DNA of 64,000 bases from Octopus sinensis (taxonomy: Eukaryota). The notes beneath the pieces are model-generated. The model saw nothing but the letters and a program-made list of their open reading frames with translations, was not told the DNA's origin and did not search any database. The stretch spans positions 86,056,001 through 86,120,000 of the forward strand of contig NC_042997.1 in assembly GCF_006345805.1 (NCBI RefSeq), read 5' to 3'. Shown here one piece after another: positions 12,227-25,385 of the stretch (position 1 is the stretch's first letter; each line of letters begins with the position of its first letter). The position numbers and the translations under genes are program-made.

Positions 12227-14029
12227 AATTTCTTGGGACCTATCTTAATTTAATTCTTATACAAAATTATTACAGGTTTTAAATATAAATGTGAACAATT
12301 TAAAGAGGGCAGTTTTGTATGATAGAACTAGGATTGTATTGGGAAGGGTGAAATTCTTATCTGAATATCTCCACAGCATGTTCTCATGTTTAATTGCAGA
12401 TTATGTTTAGTTTTGCTTTTCAGGACGGGGGTGTTGTTGTTCAAGTGGAATTCTGACAGCTTGGAGATTGTGCTTAATGATTGTTCCGATTTCTTCTAAG
12501 TAATCTCACACCTGTTCTCTTTCTCCATATATAATTACAAGTTGTCCAAACTAAGCAAACACGAAATCCTTATTTAAGCCAGTTATTATCATACAGAGTA
12601 GATTCTCAGTCTAAGATCTATATTACTTTAACCTCCAGATATAAGATATACTTAAGTTGTTTTCAATGATTCCTTTCCATTGATTTTTGGAAAATAAATG
12701 AAAAAAAAATATCTAGTGCAATTTGGAAGAATATTTTCAAGTTTCTTGTATTTTAAGACTATACACAAACGCGCACACATTCTCACACTCATACATACAT
12801 CTTTGTGTGTATGTGTAAATAGATTAGTAAAGCACGTATTATATTTGTATCCTGTTTGGCTTCCCTGGATTTGAATCTCTCTTTCTTTGTATGCTTTTCT
12901 GAGTCTGGGATTGGATTATTCCATAAAAAAACCTCTTTACTAAAAATCAAATCGGATTTACTACAGCTTATCCTGGAACAGCATTAGAAACCAAGTGTTT
13001 TTCCTGTAATTTTTTTGAAGTATTTCAAACAACTGGATTATTATTACATGGAGAAATTATTATACATTTGTTGCTTTAGATATGAAGCCATAGTGTGATG
13101 GCTGCATTGATATGGTACTGACTGTATAACACTGTACTTGGGGATAAGAAGGGCAGTTAACTGTAACACTCAAGTCAAAGAAAGGAAGTAATGAATTTTC
13201 TAGTACCAGAGGCAGGATTAAATGCATATGCTTCATGCTAAGTTGGTGGCTGAAGGGAATGGCATCTGGCTTTAATAAAAGTGCAAAGAAAGCAACTGGT
13301 GATGCTCTAGCATGACCACAGTCTTTTGGCTAAAACATGTAAAAGAATAAAAGCAAGAAAAGAAAGAATGGCTAGAGGTGTTAGGGAAAAGGTGACTCTT
13401 TAGTTTTGTTGGAGATGACCTCTCTTGTACTGGTGGCATGATGAATATTTATCATGCCACCAGCACAAGAGAGCTGAATACCCTTCACACTGCTAGTTAT
13501 TTAAGTGTGAAGAGTATCCAGCTATAAAAACTGTACCAAATAGGATGGAAAGAATGTACACAGCAAAGATGGATGGGTTTTCTTTGTCACTACGTGTGTT
13601 TTAGAGGCCAATGGACTGTAATGAGCAGTGAGATACTCTGAGACCCAACCAACCTAGTCCATCATGGGAAAACAGATTTAAATAGATGACAATGACAAAC
13701 ATGATGGTGGTGGTGGTGGTTGGTGACAACAACAATAGTAACAACAATGATGATGAGATGAAACAGAATGCAACAAAATGTCCTTAACAAGTGGCAGAGT
13801 TTTTAGTGTGAAAGCGATAATGCTTTGTGGTATTTGTTCCAGCTTACTGTACTCAAAATTCAACACTTGCTGAGGTCAGCTTTATCTTCTGACCTTTCAA
13901 GGGCAGTAACAATATGGTACCAGTCCAAGCTGGAGGATTGGCAGAATTGTTAGTGTCAGATGAGATACCTTGTGGTATTTGTTCCATCTTTTTGTCATCT
14001 GAGCTTTTGGGTGGTAGTCTTAATTCCTT

Positions 14030-14430
14030 CCATTGTCCTTGAGCACCTTTTGGAGAACTCACTCAGCAATAAACATAGGAACCAGGTATATGATTTGAGA
14101 ATAGTTTCCTCCCTTCCAACCATCAGTTTTGGAGGTTTTCGCCTTCGTAACTTGGGAATTGAATCTCATTGACCCTGTGAGTTTGTTGTTAATGATGTCC
14201 TGTATCTACTGGACAAACTCGGCCATTTTGATGGCATCTTACTGTTGAGTATGTTTATTTCTCTTGGCTGTAACTGAACCTTTTCACCAGAAGCCTCTAG
14301 TTCTTCATAACCCTGGGCATGAAGGATATAGCCACATTCAAGAAGTTGGCAATCTTCAATTCAGTGTGGTTGGCAGCTAGAGCCACAAGCACCATCCCTT
14401 TACATTCCCTGTGTCAAACTGGAATCTCTC
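14030..14430 (-). pseudogene. N-terminal DNA-binding part of a maT/mariner-like transposase, degraded
   Basis: Minus strand reads LKIANFLNVA...EELEASG...AKRNKH...EFVQ*IQDII...SMR, resembling the HTH region; stops and frameshifts present. Confidence 0.55.
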
Positions 14431-16586
14431 AAAATACTGTTAATGTGTGAATGAGTTTGAATACAAGCAAGATGTAGTTCTATCCTTCTAAGTTCAAATC
14501 CAAACAAGTGCACTTTGTCTTTTACAACTAAAGGAATTATAAAAGTATTGGTAAAGTCAACACAGGAGGCACTATGTAGTTGCTATCTTTAAAAACAATA
14601 TGGGACATATTAGATTATGTAGTTGTTTTATGTCTGTAAAAATGAGTATTCATGGTTTGGGCACTTTTCACATGAATCTGCTGGATCTGAAATAACCTGG
14701 AGCTAAATGACATCAACAATAATATAAGTGTCACTAATATAGTGAAGCCAATTTAATTGATCCTTTGTTTCCCTTACAAATGTGTAGTCTTGTGTGTTAA
14801 TGAATCTATGAGTTTCAGTGATGAGTATTCAGTCATTCAATTGAGTGACCTACTCATTGAATCAGCATGTAAGTGGTTGAATCCTCCACAGATACTCAGA
14901 TTCTCTTATTGTAGTTTTCAGGAAGAATCAGAGAGATGTGTTGTGCAACAAGGCTGATCCTTTGAATTACAGCCACAAACCATTCAGTGAACTTCTACAT
15001 GGTTTCCACCTACACAATTTCACTCACAAGGATTGGGTTCAACCAGAGGCTAAGATTAAAGACGCTTGCCTAAGATGCCATATGGTGAAATCAAACCAGT
15101 GGTACTTCACAACTGCCAACTGAATATTTCAATCATTCTTTCATTCACAAAAATAACACATGCCTTTTTAATGGGGAATCGAACTCCAGTCTCTTATGTA
15201 ACAGATGGTAGTACTTTCCATTACACTGTAGCCTTGTAGCAGTTTAAGAAATCAATAACAGTTTGATGTAGTGGTCATCAGTGCATGCATGTAAAGGATG
15301 AAAAACACTCTGTTGGTCAGCTGGTCAGTTAATAATATCAGCTTTACCATACATAATTGTATTTCATCTTATGGCAATTCATGAATGACTAAAAGCAGCT
15401 AGTCCACTTAAGGATGTTTCAAGGTGATGATGAAATCAATAAATACTTGCACATAAATGAACTGGTAACAATTTATAATTTCTAAATAATGTATTTTTCC
15501 TTTTAGCTCCTTCCTTCCTTATATACAGCAACTTATTGACAAACCTATCCTCACACTTTATTTTCTGCGGCAACTTATTGACAAGACTTTATATGTTTTG
15601 AAGTGCTAAGCCGATACTACTCAAGGAGCAATTAAAACTCTTTATTAGCTGTTCTTACTATTTTCTTTGTCTCTTTCCCTCCAATCCATTTTCCTAATGT
15701 TTTCTTGGTGTTGCTGTTTATTTGGGGTTTTATCTATTTATTATTATTCTTTTTTTCTTCATCTTTGTCTTTTGTTTTTCGGTTTACAGAGAAAATCTGA
15801 AGAATTTATTCTGAAAACTCTTGCTCAAATGCGATGCATGACCCTTTCACAAATGCAATTACACACAATACAAGTGTGTATACTCTCACACACAGATTAT
15901 AGGTACCTTACATAGCAAAATATTGTATTTTTTATTACTTTCTTTCAAGCTGATTATTTTTGCCTTTGCTTTTATCGCATTTTTCCCTTTCTTTTCATCT
16001 GTTCTTTTTCTTCGTTTCTATTTATGTCTATCTAATCTCATGGTTTTCTTATATATTTCTCTCCAGTTTTTTTCTCTTTCTTTCTTTCTTTTTTTTTTTT
16101 TGTCTTTTTTATCTATTTCCTTCCAGGTTATGATTTTTTTGACAGTTTCAAAAATATCTTAATCACCAAAGAAGAAAATATACATGCATTATATTCGATT
16201 TATCCTTCTTTTTAACTCCCAAATTGATATTAAATATGTCTTTGAAGTATTCCAATCTATTATTTGAATTTTGATATGTTTTCCTGTCATGCTGGCACCA
16301 AATCTGGTTAGCAAGAGGCTATGTACATACATGCTGTCATACTACAAATGTATTTGAAGGATTAGGTTGAAAGTACAACTGTCGTCATTCCCACACCACT
16401 ACCACAGCTATCACTGCTTAGACTACTTGACATCATCATCATTTTAATAACCACAAATTCCAATATCATCACTAACATCAAAAGTACCACTGTCCACTTG
16501 CAAATTACATTAAATTACATGCCTACCAGCTACATATGTGTATGTGTATGTGTGTATATATATGTGTGTGCATATATGTGTGTGTA

Positions 16587-16643
<57 letters not shown>

Positions 16644-17001
16644 AGATAGATAGATAACTAACTAGGCAGATATAGATAAATCTATAAAAGGCAAATTAAA
16701 TGTATACACATATATGTATGTGTATGCATATATTTCATGCATAATATAGATACACACACACACACATGTATGGACAGTTTTCTTTTAATGTCGAATACTT
16801 CAAATTCATAGTTTGTTTCATTCCTCACCAGAATTCATCAGTGCCTTCATGAGCTTTGGATGAGTGTGGTAAAACTATATATGTAACATTCCACATTTAA
16901 AAAGAATAGAAAAACACTTATTTGCCCTACTATTATTGGTTTGAGTTCTTTAATACACACAGACAAACATTCATACATGTATGTGCATGATTATGAATAT
17001 A

Positions 17002-17406
17002 CTCTTTACTCTTTTACTTGTTTCTGCCATTCGACTGCAGCCATGCTGGAGCACCGCCTTTAGTCGAGCAAATCGACCCCAGGAATTATTATTTGTAAGC
17101 CTAGTACTTATTCTATCAATCTCTTTTGCCGAACCGCTAAGTGACGGGGACAGAAACACACCAGCATCGGTTGTCAAGCGATGCTAGGGTGACAAACACA
17201 GACACACAAGCATAGACACACACATATATATATATATACATATATACGACGGGCTTCTTTCAGTTTCCGTCTACCAAATCCACTCACAAGGCTTTGGTCA
17301 GCCCGAGGCTATAGTTGAAGACACATGCCCAAGTTGCCACGCAGTGGGACTGAACCCAGAACCATGTGGTTTGTAAGGAAGCTACTTACCACACAGCCAC
17401 TCCTAC
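17002..17406 (-). mobile_element. Full-length tRNA-derived SINE family A
   Basis: A-box tggctgtgtgg, B-box ggttcagtccc, central (TA/TG)n, tail gaaacaagtaaaagag; reverse complement of 38619-39024. Confidence 0.9.
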
Positions 17407-17409
17407 CCC

Positions 17410-17449
<40 letters not shown>

Positions 17450-17669
17450 TACTTAGTTCAAATTTACAGAGAACAAAAGATGAAGAGAGGTGAAGGAACA
17501 ATAAGCAGGTGTATTAGTTTAATGCTTGAGAAGAATGGAAAAGTCTGATGTTTTGAGCCTATGCTCTTTGACAAAGAACTGAGAGGGAAAAAAAGCAAAG
17601 AAAGAAAAATATGGGCAGGGATTAACAGTTCAATATGATGAAATGACTCTATACACACACACATATATT

Positions 17670-18920
17670 CAGGAATCCCCTCATGTTATGAGAGTAATGC
17701 ATTCCTGTACAATTTGCTGTGATGTGAAATATATTTCCTTATTGATTTTCATTTTGTAATATCTGCATTCCAACAGATATTTAAAAAAAAGAAAACAGAA
17801 AAAAATAGAGGAACAAGTAGTGCAATAACCTTTCTGCATGAAAATAGCAATTTCTAAGCATACACAGTTACGATATTTATAATGAAAAAAACATTTTGAA
17901 AAGAAATATGTCAGGAAATAAATAGTTGTAACATCCTAATATAGTAGGTTCTGATGACAAATGATGTCGAGTACTGTGTGACAGGTGATGAAGAAATGAA
18001 AGTTATTGGGTGGTTAAGGGACACTGTCATATTATAGCTGCTCATCAACATCTATTTGTAAAACAAAGGACTTATTTGATATTGTTCAAGATTTATGGTG
18101 TATCATCTCTATGTACCATTCAGTGTAGGAACTGAGCTCATTGTAAACTCCTCTTGTAATTTCCATGTTTCATTCATAATTAGGGTTGTCAGTAGAAACT
18201 TGCAAATCTTCCTCTATAAATGCCAGACCTTTAGCAATATTTGCTACCATCAGTTTAAGGGAAGTTGGTGGAATCACAGTATTCTCATCAGTATTCTCAG
18301 CTTGTTCTTGTTCTAACAGCATCAGCCCCTCATTGATAGACTTTCTCTTGGGGGTATTATCAACATAACCATATCATCCTCTACAAAATCCTACATGATT
18401 TGCAAGTGTCAGAATATCTTACTGACTGATGAAAATTTCCCACTTGTGGAAAATTTCTCAAGTCTTCAATACAATCTGGTCATACGTTGTTTCAAGCATC
18501 ACTCAAAGTTGAGAGTTTCATTTTATTCCAGCTATGTTTTTCACAGATTCTATTATGTTGAACTTCTTCCAGAAATCTCTAACTGTAGGGTTAACCTCCT
18601 TGTCTGTTGCTTTCGTAAGTTGTTTAAAAGTTCCTCTCGGATAATGCCTTGAAGTTATCACACCTTGATCCACTGGTTGGGGATACATTTTACTCCTATA
18701 TTATTAGAAAGCACATTTAAGTTCACTGGATGACTTGGTACATTGTCAAAAAGAAGCAATGCTTTACTAGAAATGTGTTTGGTACTGTAGCTTTCTACAA
18801 CAGGATAATAAAATGTTTATAAACCACCCCTGAAAGGCACTGTCATCCATGCCTTCATATTTGAATGCTACATCAGAGACAACTGATACTTTGTGTAGCT
18901 CTTGAAAGCCTTTAAATTGT
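17670..18920 (-). mobile_element. pogo/Tigger-type transposon remnant (DDE_1 transposase pseudogene)
   Basis: Minus-strand motifs SNMKAWMT (~18840-18865), KALLLFDNVPSHP (~18730-18767) and QPVDQGVI (~18655-18680); possible TIR caggaatcccc at 17670. Confidence 0.75.
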
Positions 18921-19066
18921 TTTAAGTGTGTAATATTTTCTAAGTTTCAGTAATGTGGAATAAAGCTAAGCTAGAACACCACCTTCAAGAGTTTTAGTCA
19001 ATTGCATCAATCCCCTTTACTTCAATCCAATACTTATTTGATTGACTCTGAAAGGGTCACAAGCAA

Positions 19067-19100
<34 letters not shown>

Positions 19101-19242
19101 GTAATCTACTTATAAGGTTTTCTTGATATAACTGCTAATATTCATTGTTAATGAAATGCATGTAAGATGATGTTACTAAATATATTGTGAACTGAACTAA
19201 CTCCTGTTTTCTTTTACTTTATATATATATATATATATATAT

Positions 19243-19276
<34 letters not shown>

Positions 19277-20869
19277 TGTTAAGAGAAGAGAAAGGAAATG
19301 CTTTTGTCAGTGCAATCTGTACTGGTGCAATGATATGAACTGCTGCTGTGAACAAACAATAGCTAAGAAAACTTTCTTGGTTCTTTTTGGGTAATTCGTT
19401 TTTTCTGAAGGAACAATAAGAAGATTTTTCAGTTAATAAACAATCAATTAGATTTGTTAATCAAACAGAAAAACTAAATCTAAAACAAAGATAAAAAAAA
19501 ACATTGCTTAACACCTCTCCACAAATAGAACATAACAGTAGTAGCAGCAGCAGTGGCAGTAGAAACTACCTATGAATTAAGAGTTAAACAAATACTCATT
19601 AACCCTTAAAGCAAACAATAATTGAAGGTAAATAATTTGAAAGAATGCTGAGACTTCAGTGTAGATTTAATATATATATTCTTTTATTGATGAAAAACTA
19701 AACAAATCTCATTATCACTATTATTGTTTTTGTTCCTTGTCCTTGTATTTGGGGGTATTTTCTTTGTATGTGCATGTGTGTGTATTTGTAATTATTATCA
19801 TTAGCATCATCATCATCATCACTTGTCATTGTCATCACCATTGGAAGTTTAGGTTTAAAAGCAAAAAGATTTGTTATTGATTGCTATTGATTCAGTTTGT
19901 TATGAAAACTTCAGCTTTTGGTACTACAGACTCACACAAGCAATTGAATATGAAAATACCTAGTTGAAAATGAGACAACAACAATAAGACCATAATAATG
20001 CCAACAAAGCAATAATAATAATAATGGTGATGATTTATAATTAAGGCAAGCCATTACAATATTTGGAGCACTGGTAAGCAATGCGACAGTCTGTTGCATC
20101 GTAGGCAACAGTACTTGACTGTTTCTTATTTTATGAACCACAGAAAGGTAAAAGTAAAACTTGATTTCTGTGAGTTTGAACTCAGATTGTCAAAGAATTC
20201 AACCAAACGTAGCAACATATTTTGAGCAATGCTCTCCTGATTCTACCTCTCTAATTATTTAATGACAGCTATAATATGTAATATATTATAAGATGATAAT
20301 AGCAACAACAGCATCATTGAAAGCATCATTACACTGATTATCATTAGCATGAGGCAGTAGATTACCTGAGTCTTCCATATTCAAAGCTCATCTCTCACTA
20401 CCATGTTGTCTATTTTCTCTATCAGCCTGCCTATAATCCATCTGTACCTTTTGTACGTCCTCAGTTTAATCTGGGTACACTATACAGAAGTTTCTGCCTC
20501 TTCTTTTTCTACCCATTGAGTATGACATTTAATGATAAAGTTAGTGTGCAGGTAGGATTTGATCAAAGCTCAGTCCAAAATTTCCCTCCATCTTGTGTAA
20601 TAGTTCTCTAGGCCATTACAGAAAAGTTTATAGCCACCTGACAATGGAGACTCTTGTATACTGATGGCCTAGTTCTTAAAACAGAATATGTAGAGGAAAA
20701 ATCAAGACATGAAAGCAAAACTAGTAATTGAAATGCTCAAAATAAACAAAAAAGGTAAAGCATTTGTGAATAATAAAGAAAACATAACTAAGCTTATTAC
20801 TGATTCTCCACCTTGCTAATTGCACCTAAGCATATGGCCCTCTCAAGCCATTCATCTACTCTTAGCTTC

Positions 20870-21545
20870 CTTAGTAGCCTTGAGGTTACAAGATGTGGCA
20901 CCTTGTCAAAGGCTCAGTATAGGTGCTTAATCCTTGCTAAGTACTTTAGTTTTTGTCTCTGAGATGATATCAGTTGTACCTTTTCATGCATGAAGATAAA
21001 CTGCATCTGATCTAGGCTAATCCTGTTCTTAATCAATTTTACTATAACTCCTTCCATGACTTTTAGGATTTGGTCCAACAATTTAATGCCCCTGTAATTA
21101 TTGCTCTCTAATGCCTCTTGCCCTTCTAGCAGTTCATAATGACATTGCTATGCCAATCACTAGGTATCACACGTGAATGGCTGTAGAACTGATCACTTTG
21201 CCAGATATCTTAATTATTCCAGTGACTATCCTTGATAAAGCTGCTTTACCTACCTTCATTTACTTAATTGTACTTACAACTACAGAGCCTTCATTTTTAT
21301 GGTTGGTCTCCCTGTTGTGTCATCTTGGAGTAGATCTGTACCCTGTCATGTATTCACATCCAACTACTTCTTGTGTATAGCCTTTCCATATCTCTTTAAG
21401 AATACCATCATCATTCCATACATACCTTTCCCAGTGACATTATGGTTCTCATCAGCCTTCTGCCTTGCAATCCAGAACACCACTTGCCTACAATGTCCTC
21501 ACCACAGAGCATGTACCAACCTCTTATTTTCTATTTCTCCCCATT
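20870..21545 (-). pseudogene. Degraded RTE LINE, N-terminal part of the RT domain
   Basis: Minus strand VIPSDWHSNVIMNC*KG...ALESNNYRGIKLLDQILKVMEGVIVKLIKNRISLDQMQF (NYRGI motif). Confidence 0.75.
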
Positions 21546-21990
21546 TTATGTATGATAGATTAAGAAGGCCAGCAGCACACAAAAAAAAGACAACATGAGG
21601 GGGGAAAATTTCAACAAATGTATTAGTTTAAGGCTTAAAAAGAAGAGAAAATGTTTTGATATTTTGAACATTAACCCTTCATCAGAAGAAAAACAGAACA
21701 GGAAAAATAAAAGAACGAGAAAAGGTTATCATAAAAATAAAAAGAATGAGAAAAAGTAGTTGAAGGCATTTTGTGAAGTTCATTTCAATACTATGTTATT
21801 GTAAGTTTTAGCTCACCACATACTTTTGACAAGTGTCTTCTAATATAAACTTGGATTTCTCCATGTCTTTTTGGATACAATTTGACAGAAACTGTGCAAA
21901 AATTAGCCATGTGTGTGTGTGAGAGAGAGAGAGAGAGAAAGAGATGGATACCATATATATATATATATATTATATATATATATATATATA

Positions 21991-22025
<35 letters not shown>

Positions 22026-22729
22026 GTGTGTGTGTGTGTGTGTTGTGTGTGTGTGTGTGTGTGTGTATGTATATGTATGTGTGTGTTTCAGATAGATATC
22101 TTTACTTATTGGTGTGTGTACCTATTGCTGTATTTAATTTTATGTCAATTTATGTCCTGTCACTTAGCAGTTCGAAAAAATAATGATTAATAAAATAATT
22201 ACCAGACTGAAATAAACTTGTAAATTCGGGGCCAATATGATTGACAAAACCCTTGAAGATTGAGCCATAGAATTAACTTTAACTAGTAAAATAATAAAAG
22301 AAAAAATGTGTATACATGTGTATAACATACAAACATACACACACAAACACACATATATATTATATGCTTGTATATACAAATGGGAGAAAGTACACTCAAT
22401 AGATATGGAATTGTGGAATAAAGTAGTGGTTTTGAACACGAACAAATGATGCCTTTGCATATTGACATAAAACAAGTGAACCATTAAATAACTGCCGGTG
22501 TATAAATAAACTAATTGTGAAAGTCATCCATTTGTTTAGATTAATATTATTCCCTACAAACTATGATGAAACTGAGTTGCCAAGACAACTAGCAAATGCT
22601 GGAGAGATTCCATGCATTGCTGGATTAATACAAATTAGCCAAATGGTGTATATTATATCATGTGTGTGTGTGTGTTTCTGTGCATATGTACAGATGTGTG
22701 TATACATATATATGTTTGTGTATGTGTGT

Positions 22730-22771
<42 letters not shown>

Positions 22772-22907
22772 GTGCATGTCTATATACTTATATATATATG
22801 CATGTATATATGTGTATGTTTGTGTGCATATGTACAGATGTATATATACATATATGTGTGTGTATATGTATTATGTGTATGTATATATGTATATATATAT
22901 ATACACA

Positions 22908-23260
22908 CATCTTGTTTTTACCCCTCTGCGAAGGAATTTTATTTATTTCTTTCACAGGAAGGGCTAGTTCGACGAGTCGTGTTCTGTCCTCACCTTCAAA
23001 ACAGCTGTCCTTGAACTAAGGACAGCTGATGAAGGGGAATTTTCCTTGTGTAGTTTGTCTTGTACTCTGTTTTTTTTGTTGTTAAAAAAGGTCCGTTTCC
23101 ATGTTTGTTTTTACGTTTTCGTTTCTCGTTGAGTTCTACGTCTATTTGTGGTGTCTTGTACTCACGTATATATATTTATATATGCATGTATATATACATG
23201 TAGATGTAGGTACGTACATATATGTATGTATGTATGCATATATTTTATTTATTACGCTAT
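22908..23260. mobile_element. Unclassified CpG-retaining repeat with internal hairpin, possibly Penelope-type terminal repeat
   Basis: Embedded in (TA)n; perfect 11-bp stem cagctgtcctt/aaggacagctg at 23002-23028 overlapping CTGATGA. Confidence 0.4.
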
Positions 23261-23283
23261 ATATATATATATATATATATATA

Positions 23284-24312
23284 TTTAGAGAGCTCCTGCC
23301 TCTGCTGACAGCAAAGGGCCTCTCTCTCAGAGTAAAAGAAGGTAGAATGTATGATGCCTGTGTGTGAACAGCTATTCTACATGGCAGTGAAACATGGGCT
23401 GTGACGGCCGAGGACATGCATAGGCTTGAAAGAAATGAAGCCAGTATACTTCACTGGATGTGCAATATCAGTGTGCATGTTCAACAGAGTGTATCTTGAG
23501 AGTAAAATTAGGCATAAGAGGCATCAGATGTGGTGTGCAAGAGAGATGAATGTGCTAGTATGGTCATGTGATGTATATGGACAAGGACAGCCGTGTAAAG
23601 AAGTGCCAATCCCTAACTGTGGAAGTGGTGAAGAATGATCTCCAAACTTTGGGCTTCACAGAGGTAATGAATAGTGACCGAGACCTTTGGCAATATGCTG
23701 TGCTTCAGAAGACACGTCAAGCCAAGTGAAATCACAGTCATGGTCGATGCTGGTATCAAATACCCAACACCTACGTAGGTGGCACATAATAAACACCTTT
23801 CAAGCATTGAGCCTCATGGAGGAAAATCAAATGTTGGCCCTCACAGAGGCAATCACTTTGGCATTATGTCGTATTTGAGAAGATGACCCATCAAGCCAAG
23901 TAAAACCACAGTCATGACAGATATTGATGTCACACAAATGGCACCTGTGCTAGTGGCATGAAAAAGCAGCTTTTGAGCATTGCACTTCATGGAAACAAAG
24001 ACCAAGATCATTTGGCATTATGCTGAAGGCAATGACTGAGTCCATTTGGTATTATGCTATGCTTGAGAAAACCCATTAAGCCAAGTAAAACCTCGGTCAT
24101 GGCAGATGCTAGTGTTACATAAATGGCACCTGTGCCAGTGGCACATAAAAGCACCCATTACACTCATGGAGTGGTTGGTATTAGGAAAGGCATCCAGCCA
24201 TAGAAACCATGCCAAAACAGACTGAAATCTGGTGCGGCCTTCCAGGTTGCCCAGCCCTGGTCAAACCATCCAACCCATGACAGCATGGACAGTGGACATT
24301 AAATGATGATGA
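23284..24312 (+). mobile_element. 5'-truncated RTE LINE (RT C-terminus, repeated 3' UTR, GAT tail)
   Basis: FRELLPLLTAKGLSLRVK...YDACV...LHGSETWA matches the ORF at 60401-61177; caagccaagt unit repeated about three times; ends atgatgatgat. Confidence 0.85.
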
Positions 24313-24362
24313 TACTTAAGTGTGTGTGTATATATGTGTGTTGGGGGATGTACATATGTGCA

Positions 24363-24411
<49 letters not shown>

Positions 24412-25019
24412 TATATGTCTGCTTGTGTGCGTATATATTGTGATTGCTCCATCTTAACAGATGCTTGCTCCCTCCTTGTGTTTTCTTGTTTTAAATGGTA
24501 TTTCTGACTTTCCATCCATGACCACTTAAATGACTATTGCAGAGCTGCATGGTTTGAAGGTTAGCTGACGGTTGAAAGTTGTAACTTGCTGAATGCTTCC
24601 AGCCATTCTTCCATCACCATCAAAATTTCAGTAAAGGGATGACAAACAAAGCTACCATAAAGAGACATCTGAACATCATTGGATTATAGTGATATATGCT
24701 TGTACAACACAAGTACCACTTTCTGACCTTTTGTGATTAGTACCTTGTGACTGGCCAAAGTGAGATGACTCGAAATCACATGAAACTACAGGTTTTACAT
24801 CAGAGTGCCTTACATCAGAGTAACAACAACTAGGGGTCCCCTCACTCTTGATAGTTTTATTGCATCCCCTTACACCAACTAAAGATATTTCTTTTCTCTT
24901 AGCCCATCTATACTTCATTGTTCATGCACACTTAAATTACATATCCAATGGATCATGCTCCCTTCATTCCTTTCCCAATGTTTTTGTACATAATTAGGAT
25001 GCAGCATTTTATTTATGTA

Positions 25020-25385
25020 CTAGCACTATGACCCGGCAACACTGGGTCATAGTGCTAGTGCATGCATATATAGCTGTGTGTGTGCACACATACACACGAG
25101 TACTGTCCAAATCTCTAACCAATCACATACAGCTAGCTGGCATTCAATTGGCATATCAAGTTTCGGGCATTTTGATTGGGTTTTGGATAGAAAATTCACA
25201 AAAAAGTCACTTCTATTGATTTTTTAATGGCTTTGCGGGGTGACTGGGGAAATGTAAAGATGTGCACGACCACCCTTGGACGGTTTTGAATGACCATAGA
25301 AAGTGCGAGCCCTCTAACTGAAAAATTGTGGATTTGTATAAAGGACACACACAAACAGACATTTTGCCATTTATATATATAGAGA
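25020..25385 (-). mobile_element. Non-autonomous Helitron
   Basis: Minus strand starts A|TC (tctctatatatataaatggc) and ends with a 16-bp-arm hairpin and CTAG|T; no TSD. Confidence 0.75.

Noticed and set aside
16810-16845. Minus-strand CTGATGA-attc/gaat-GAAA hammerhead core
   Set aside because: Stem II is present but there is no UH site or stem I partner; at most a decayed remnant.
21882-23019. Long Cys/Val/Tyr/Ile-rich ORFs
   Set aside because: Translations of (TG)n and (TA)n microsatellites; same applies to 41730-42357, 53018-53901 and 62570-62800.
23718-24150. Repeated units resembling a CRISPR-like array
   Set aside because: The intervening sequences are similar to each other; these are tandem sub-repeats of a LINE 3' UTR in eukaryotic DNA with no cas genes.
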